64,000 nucleotides of DNA from Podarcis bocagei (Eukaryota), in the NCBI GenBank assembly GCA_964188305.1, contig OZ076889.1, one strand, 5' to 3'. This document shows positions 56,795-64,000 of this stretch, piece by piece. The notes below the pieces were generated by a model, which was not told where the DNA came from, did not search any database, and saw only the letters and a program-made list of their open reading frames with translations. Position 1 is the first letter of the stretch. Each line of letters starts with the position of its first letter. The position numbers and the translations under genes were made by a program.

Positions 56795-59700
56795 TTAAGT
56801 ATTATGTCTTCTAAGACACTGGGAGATAATGAATTTGTGAAATCTAGAAATTTATATTAGCTGCCGTGTTTCCTATATGCAAGCCTTCAATGCAGCCAGC
56901 GTAGGATTTGGCTACTTGGCAATATAGCAGAAAGTGTCAGTCATATCTCAGTGCAGATATCGGTCTGAGTGGTTTCTGTAAAGTGGCCAGGCTAATTGAG
57001 GGTACCTGACAGAATGATTCAGTAGGGGAATCTGATTGAGCAAAAGGGTCACTTGGAATAAAAATAAAAATAATTCTTTATTAGAATGGTCTTCCACTTG
57101 AGAACTTGGTTTGAACTGATAATCGGGAGGCACTGAATGGGCAAGGGTTTAATTTTCCATGTTCATAAGTAAACAGAACTAGTCACGATGGGTTATTTGT
57201 TAGAGGCCAAGAGACTTCATGTGAAGCGTTTGTCATTCTCAGAGAAGAGGTCTCAGTGAAAGGGATAAAAATCCTTTGTCAAATTAAACATCCAAGTTAC
57301 AAAGCTTATAGACCCATAGCACTTATATTTGTGCAAATGTGGAGATTTGCTCACAGTGTACTCAAGTTTTTGAACCAATACTGGTTATTAACTTGGGTTG
57401 CATATGGACGTACCTACCTACAGGGGCCGGTGTGGGTTTTTCTGCTGTAGTCATGCTCTGCTTCCCCCTTCTCTCTGGTATTGACACATCTACCTTTACC
57501 CAGGCTTTTAGTTTTCCCTAAAAATATGTGTATCTGGTTTTTCTTTCTTGGCCAATTTGAATTTTATTTTTTTTTTTAAAAAGTGAAACATTGCTCCAGG
57601 AAGAAGTGGGGAAGTGGCTTTGAGACTGGTTGGGCTTGTCATAACTGGCAATCTTTCTGTGCAGCTGCTTCTGGAAACAGAGTTGTGTACAAACTATACC
57701 TGTAAAGCACATTCGAAACACATTCTTTCCCTCAATGAATCATGGGCACTGTACTTCTCCTAAGCCCCACAGAGTTACAATTCCCAGTAAACCTTAGCAA
57801 ACAATAGTGCCCAGAAATATTTGAGGGAAAGAATGTGGTTCAAATGTGATATAAGGATATAATGCGTACACTTACCCTAGTTGCTGTTTTGCTTGATTCT
57901 TTGATGGATGAATACAGATACACAGTGGGTTAACCCATCAAGCTACGCATTTCTGTACCGATCATTCCTTCACTGCCTAGGGTTCCAATTTTGAATTCCC
58001 ACATCCTACGGATGAAAAGATTTCCGAGGACGTGACACATACTGTAAGAACACAAGAACCTGCCAGATCAGGCCCATCTAGTCCAGCATGCTGTTCTCAC
58101 AGTGGCCAGCCAGATCGACCTATGGGAAGCCCACAAGCAGGACATCACAGCTACATTACTCTGCCCACCTGCAACTGGTTTTCAGAGGCACACTGCCCTG
58201 GCAGTGGAGGCAGCACATAGCCATTGTGGATAGTAGCCATGCCATAGTTTAACTATGTGCTGTGTGAGGAAGTACTTCGTTCTTCTGTCCTGAATCATTC
58301 CACATTCAGTTCATTGGATATCCTTGGGTTCCAGTGTTAGGAGAGAGGAAGAAAAATATTTTTGTATCCATCTTAGGATTGATTTCAGGATTAGGATCAC
58401 TGCGATAGACAACTGAAGGCTGACATGGAGAACCCTTCATGTAAACAGTAGAGTTGCCATATTTCAAAAAGTAAAAACCAGGACACCCCAAATGATTTTC
58501 CGATTGATTTGCCTAAGATCCAGCACAAAGCGCCACATTTCAGAAATCCCCCCCAGACATCAATTCCACCTTTGAAATCCCAGTAATGTCCAGGAAAATC
58601 CGGGTGTATGGCAGTCCTGGTAAACAGGGAACATGATAGATTACCAAACATTATTTGTTGAGTACCTATATTCTCCTAGTTACTCCTAGTAGATGTACTC
58701 AACAAGGATGCTTGAGAATTGGACCAACAACCCATGATGGCCAAAAGGAAGGACTACATCTTAGGGAAACACATGGAACTGAAATACAGGGTGGGGGTGA
58801 AGGCAGCGACCCTCTGCACACTAACATGGGAATAAGCCTCATTAAACTGAGTGAGATTTACTTCTGAGTGAACATGCTTTGGATTGCAATACAAATTGGG
58901 GATTTCCTTATAGAGCTCTGTGGAGAGTAAACGTTGTCTTCAAACACATGGGACCCACACTCAGAAGAAGTGTAAATCAACGGTTAGAGATTTAAGATAT
59001 GTTAATGTTGTTCTCAGATATTGCTGAAAATGTGTAGAAACATGGTTCTAGGATGTGCTTTCCATCTCCTACTCATATCATTCCCAAAAATACATTTGTC
59101 AGCAGTGATGCAGGCCTCTAATCTTATTTTTAAAATAGTATTTGTACTTTCAGCTCAAACTGCCATTTCCTTTTTGATAAAAATCATTTAAAAGGTTATC
59201 ATTTTCCTCAGTCAAAAGAGAATTAGTTTATGCCTCTAAATAGATTCCTCAGTGCTTTATCATTAAAAACATTAAGACAAAAATAAAATAAAATATGTGA
59301 GCAGTAGAAGACTGGGAGGTGGTTGGACCTTTGGATGACCAGGGAGTTCAAGGTGTGTTAAAGGAGGATAAGGAGATTGTAGAGAAGCTGAACCAATTAT
59401 TCGCAAATGTCTTCACGGTGGAGGATAAACGGTAGGAATGGACTCTGAGGAACTGAAGCAAATAGTGGTGATAAGAGACAAAGTTCTAGGCCTTACTGGC
59501 AAAATGAAAACTGAAAAATCACCAGGTCCGAATGGTATCCACTCAAGTGTTCTAATAAAACTCAAATATGAATTTGTTGATTATCTAACAAAAATATGAA
59601 ACTTGTCCCTAAGTCCCTCGATACCTGAGGACTTGTCAAACATTTCAGATTGTGCTTGTTGTTCTATCTTTTCAAGATTTTATTAGATTTTGGGATTATA

Positions 59701-62421
59701 GGAGTACCACTGAAATATTTTGGCCAGATAGAGGGTACCTGATTAGGTTGCGTATGTTTGTTTGTTTTTTAAAGAATGCTAAGATATTTATGGCAATTAA
59801 TTTATTTCTCCCCCTCAGATACTATACATTGTCCTGGGAAGGTGTGGACGGAACCAGCTTCAACGATTCAAATGGGCCAGAATATTACTATAAACTGCCA
59901 TTCCGATAAAGATGTCTGTCAGAATTCTAAAAAACGTATGCGTCTAAATCAAAGGGAGGTCGAGGACAGATTGGTGTCGGTTATAAACAAAACTACAGTT
60001 CAACTCCAACTTCATAATTATACCATTTCATTTTCCACAGTCATTTGTTATACTGTATGTCCTCCAAAAAAAACCCAAATAATATGCGGAACAGAATTTT
60101 GCGTGGGCCGTAAGTAATTTATGTGTATGCTGTGTAGGTAATTTTGCTGCTTGTAATTAATTTCCGTTAATTTGGGAAGTAAAATGAGTTAATGATTGAA
60201 ATGATCAGCCACTGAGGCAAGCATTTGATGAAGTAAACTATAGTCTACGAAATCTTATGCAATATTAAAACTGCTAGTATTTAAAGGCATCACAAGACTC
60301 TTTGCTGTGTGTTTTGGCAAAAGACTAACAAGGCTACCCCCTTTGGAAATAGGCAAGGATGACATTTTGCTGGTGGGGCTTTACATTTTTAATTTAAAAA
60401 TTATTAGCTAAGGGCTTTGATCTTAGGCTGCAATCCTAAACACTCCTAATATCTAGGGAACAAGCCCACTGAACACAGTAGTACTTACTTAGGCCAGTGT
60501 TTCCCAACCTTTTTTGGGCAAAGGCACACTTGTTTGATGAAAAAAATCTCGAGGCACACCACCATTACAGCCCCGTGACGTCAGCGCACAGCGTCACGCC
60601 GGGAGGGACGCACGAAAGTGTAAGTTTCAATTTTTTTCCCTCCCCCTTGCCGGGGAACCTCCAAGCTTTGGGGGTGGGGGGGAGGAGGCAGCAAAGCGAG
60701 GCAGGAAGGAGAGCGCGACTTGGCTGGGTGAGCTTTGGCAGGGAATGAGAGCCGCGAGGCGGGCGCTGCGGATGGAGGCGCTGCCCGCCGAGCTCGCAGG
60801 CAGCCAGGCAGCCAGACGGCGAGAGCCCCGTGCTGGGCGGCCTCTCCTCGCCGCCGTCCCGCCTCTCGCCGCCCGACTTGCCCGCCTCCCTCCAGGCAAC
60901 ATCTCGCGGCACACTAGTGTGCCGCGGAACAGTGGTTGGGAAACACTGACTTAGGCCTAAACTTGTTACTCAACAGCAGTAGCTGCTTTATTTATAATTT
61001 TACATTTTTTTGTATTTTTGATATTGCATGCTGCTTTGCTATTACATATGAAAAAGTGTGTGTGTGTGTAAAAATAAAGATCGCACTACCAAATACATTG
61101 ATATAAGTTTCACTGACTCAGTAACATGTATATTTATTTTAAGTAACTTCTACTGTATGCAGTGGAGCTTACTCTGAAATTAATGTGCATAGAAATGTCT
61201 TGTTTCCAAGTGAATAATATATTACTACAGCCAACAACAAATTTAATACATGCCACTGGTTGTATAAATTAAAACTATTACCATGAACACTTTCCCATTG
61301 ATAGTATACGGTATATCACTAGCCTCAGTAGCATATTTGGACATACTTCAGTTGGCTTATAATATTGAACCACTGGGAGGAGAGATGCCCACTAACTGAA
61401 AAGTTAAGGCTGATCAGAAGAAGAACAGCTCTGAGCTTTAACTTCAGACCAGTAGACTTCACAGCTTGGGCATAAAGATGGTTTAAACGATGAGCAAAAC
61501 CTAATCTTAAAGGTAAAGGGACCCCTGACCATTAGGTCCAGTCGTGGCCGACTCTAGGGTTGCAGCGCTCATCTCGCTTTATTGGCCAAGGGAGCTGGCG
61601 TACAGCTTCCGGGTCATGTGGCCAGCATGACTAAGCCGCTTCTGGCGAACCAGAGCAGTGCACGGAAACGCTGTTTACCTTCCCACTGGAGTGGTACCTA
61701 TTTATCTACTTGCACTTTGATGTGCTTTCGAACTGCTAGGTTGGCAGGAGCAGGGACCAAGCAACGGGAGCTCACCCCGTCGTGGGGATTCGAACTGCTG
61801 ACCTTCTGATTGGCAAGTCCTAGGCTCTGTGGTTTAACCCACAGCACCACCCACATCCGAATCTTACAGTGCTTTTAAAAATGGCCAGTATTGGCCATTT
61901 CTGAGGTGGATTTAAAACAGGACATTATCTTGTAAGCTGTTTCAAGCTTTGACCTTAGAACAACGAACTGCAAAATAATAAAGGATTGCATAGTGGTTGC
62001 AGAATATTTTAAAATTCTTTGCTAGACTGGTAGCCCACTCCTAAACTACATGCCTATAAGTGAACCCCATTCACTTCAACATAACTTTCACATTAGTGTG
62101 CTCAAGACTGCAACTTCAAACTGCTCAGATTGTTCTATTTCTTCTTAAGGAAAATAGCTCTTTTAAAAGTATTTGAAAAAGATGTGATTTAGAGTAACAG
62201 AAGACATGATAAAGTATTTAGTCACATGATAAGCCACCCGCTAACTACCTTTATGTGTTTTGAATCAACAGAATCTTACATGCTTTGTAATTTGTAGATT
62301 CACCGGACATGCCAGCCAACTTAACCTGTGTTGTATATGAGTATTCGGATAATATGACATGCACTTGGGACCCAGGCAAGGACACACAACTAAGCACTAG
62401 GTACAACCTATATTTGAAAAG
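56695..62421 (+). CDS. IL23R: Interleukin-23 receptor, 5' part (signal peptide, Ig-like D1, start of cytokine-binding FnIII); join(56695..~56794,59819..60109,62298..62421); continues beyond the window
   Basis: MMVTANILVVLYILFCKICQ / TIHCPGKVWTEPASTIQMGQNITINC...INKTT...IICG / SPDMPANLTCVVYEYSDNMTCTWDPGK, recognised as IL23R; synteny with C1orf141. Confidence 0.92.
57695..57860. mobile_element. Palindromic MITE-like repeat
   Basis: cacattctttccctcaa ... ttgagggaaagaatgtg inverted arms. Confidence 0.6.
58044..58360 (-). mobile_element. CR1-type 3' end, reverse orientation
   Basis: taagaacacaaga...ggcccatctagtccagcat..tgttctcacagtggcca. Confidence 0.65.
58449..58619. mobile_element. hAT-like MITE
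   Basis: tagagttgccata / tatggcagtcctg ends; perfect 8-bp TSD gtaaacag. Confidence 0.82.
59260..59635 (+). mobile_element. CR1 ORF2 internal fragment
   Basis: Decayed EKLN.FF..VFT and KSPGP.GIH.RVL coding remnants. Confidence 0.7.
59819..60109 (+). CDS. IL23R: IL23R Ig-like domain exon
   Basis: cccctcag|AT ACT ATA CAT TGT...GTG GGC C|gtaagt; 291 bp; inside ORF 59776..60117. Confidence 0.93.
60221..60348 (+). mobile_element. Decayed Penelope-like terminal fragment
   Basis: gcat-ttgatga-agtaaactatagtctac-gaaa-tctt-atgc...taaaggcatcacaagactc...gactaacaaggctaccc. Confidence 0.65.
60495..60948. mobile_element. Young hAT MITE in an IL23R intron
   Basis: Perfect TIRs cagtgtttcccaacc / ggttgggaaacactg; perfect 8-bp TSD acttaggc; CpG-rich. 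Confidence 0.93.
61510..61859 (-). mobile_element. Full-length Sauria SINE
   Basis: tRNA-like head, ACCTTT tail, 7-bp TSD aatctta. Confidence 0.92.
62298..62421 (+). CDS. IL23R: IL23R exon (first cytokine-receptor FnIII half)
   Basis: ttgtag|AT TCA CCG GAC ATG...TTG AAA AG|gtaaga; 124 bp; SPDMPANLTCVVYEYSDNMTCTWDPGKDTQLSTRYNLYLK. Confidence 0.95.
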
Positions 62422-63879
62422 GTAAGAAAGTTGATTGAAGCATCTATCTCAAATCAGACTAGATTTCAGGGTCCCTTCCAACTCTATGATTATATGATGA
62501 ATTTCAACAGTTTTGTGTATTTTTTAAAGGAAAGTAGCCTTTAGCGGACTGCAGTTTTGAGCAGAAAAGTGATGGGTAGGAGGGCACTTGATGCTTTTCT
62601 CAGCATCATTTTGCTACACATAATCACCCCTAGCTGCTGCCCACCCCCACAGAACTTCAGATGATCATTTGCAAGTGTAAATATGCACCTGGAACTGGGG
62701 GGGGGGGTACTGTGGAGAGAGGCAGAGATTTGGCTGGGGCGAACTTTTGCAGCTCACTGTAAAACAGTTAAGTAAATCAGCACTCCACTGCTTAAAAATG
62801 CAGCCTTCCAAGTCCGGTTCTTTTTTTCCTGTTCTTTTTTAAAGCACATACAAAACATGGTTGGGAAGCTACGTGAGAAGAATTTGCAGGTAATGTCAAG
62901 CTTGCTCCTAAAACTAGGTTAACTGTGAGTTCAACCAAAGATTAAGACACGCCAAAGCTGCAACTGACATTGTGGTCTGACTATGTGGACTAAACCTGTG
63001 GTGAGAGACAACTCACAAACCAGTGACGATCGTGCATGTGGTGTAGTGCTGATGACTGAAAAAAAGCTGGTGTCCTACTTACATTTTTCAGGGAGTGGGG
63101 GCGGGGGAGGGCGAGAGCAGGTCACCAGAGGTGTCCTTTTGGTGGTAGTCATGATTCACCTCTTATATCAAAGTTCTACACTCAGCAGAAGCGGCAAACA
63201 TGCCTCAGTCTGCAGTCTAGCAGCATGTGCTTTGGCTGAAATTAGTTTCAAGCAGCCAAGGATGGTTGGAGCTTGTATAACACTTGAACAGCAGGTCCAC
63301 AGTCTGCGATGAAAATGCACTTTCAACATGAGTTTCAAAAACAATTTGCGATATGTGATGGCCCAGGGTGGTTCCAGCTCAAACCCAGGATGTGGGGTAG
63401 AGTGTCAAAAGTCCCCAAACTCTCAGGACACACTTAAAATATCTTCTCCCAGTCTGTTTTTGTATTACTATTTTTTTGCAAATATAAACATTAGGGCAGC
63501 AAAATAGGCATGACCCAGACACAGTAAAAAAACAACAACAAAACTCTTATTCTGCTCACTTCAGGGGATAAATTTGCTTTGGGCCAAATGGCATGTTACA
63601 TGGCAGGTCAGTCATCATCTAATTATGGATGAGTGTGATGACCTGGTGTAGCTACTGAGATATGAGTAGGAGAGATGGGTGGGCAGACCTTACCCTGCTC
63701 TGTCTCACTGGATATTTGGTGCAGCACAAACCTTGGCTGGAGGGCCAGGGAAGTGGGTTTGCTGCTGTTCACAATTTGTTATCCCGCACTGGGAAATCTC
63801 TGCCTTGGAGCAGGGCAGCATCTGAAGTTGCGTCTTAAGAGACAGGGATATCGTTGGTATGCTGTCCACCCAGCTGCGC

Positions 63880-64000
63880 AACATTCTCCCTGACCAACCT
63901 GGCTGAGGTCATCTTGAGAATGGTATTGGTGGATCCCAGGCAGTAATTCTGGGTGACTTCAACATCCATGGCGAAGTTGCCATTGGCCTCACAGTTTAAT
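63880..64000 (+). mobile_element. L2-type LINE endonuclease fragment
   Basis: ctgggtgacttcaacatccat (LGDFNIH APE motif). Confidence 0.55.

Noticed and set aside
49712-61809. Repeated peptide GAGVQLPGHVASMTKPLLANQSS in ORFs at 49712 and 61582
   Set aside because: Antisense translation of Sauria SINE copies, not a gene family

Overview
Eukaryotic (vertebrate) genomic DNA, most likely from a lacertid lizard: it carries Sauria/Squam1 SINEs, tRNA-headed SINEs with CR1 tails, and L2, CR1, RTE, Penelope, hAT and pogo/Tigger repeats. The window covers the conserved syntenic block MIER1 -> <- SLC35D1 <- C1orf141 ... IL23R ->. Contents: the last four coding exons and 3'UTR of MIER1 (+); a complete 12-exon SLC35D1 (-, 357 aa) with a CpG-island promoter; a complete 6-coding-exon C1orf141-like gene (-, about 569 aa); and the first three coding exons of IL23R (+). 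There is one 140-N assembly gap. I see no prokaryote-type system (no CRISPR, operon or rRNA) and cannot claim a new biological system. Points most worth checking: (1) IL23R's signal-peptide exon has no good in-phase GT donor (CAAG|TTAAGT); (2) an intact minimal Penelope-type hammerhead ribozyme motif lies in sense within SLC35D1 intron 1, with three decayed or fold-back relatives elsewhere; (3) a STAT/AP-1/NF-kB/RORE motif cluster sits upstream of IL23R; (4) uORFs overlap the IL23R and C1orf141 starts; (5) there is a candidate MIER1 alpha-type terminal exon; (6) head-on polyA signals lie between MIER1 and SLC35D1. All gene and repeat names come from recognition by eye, not from database searches.
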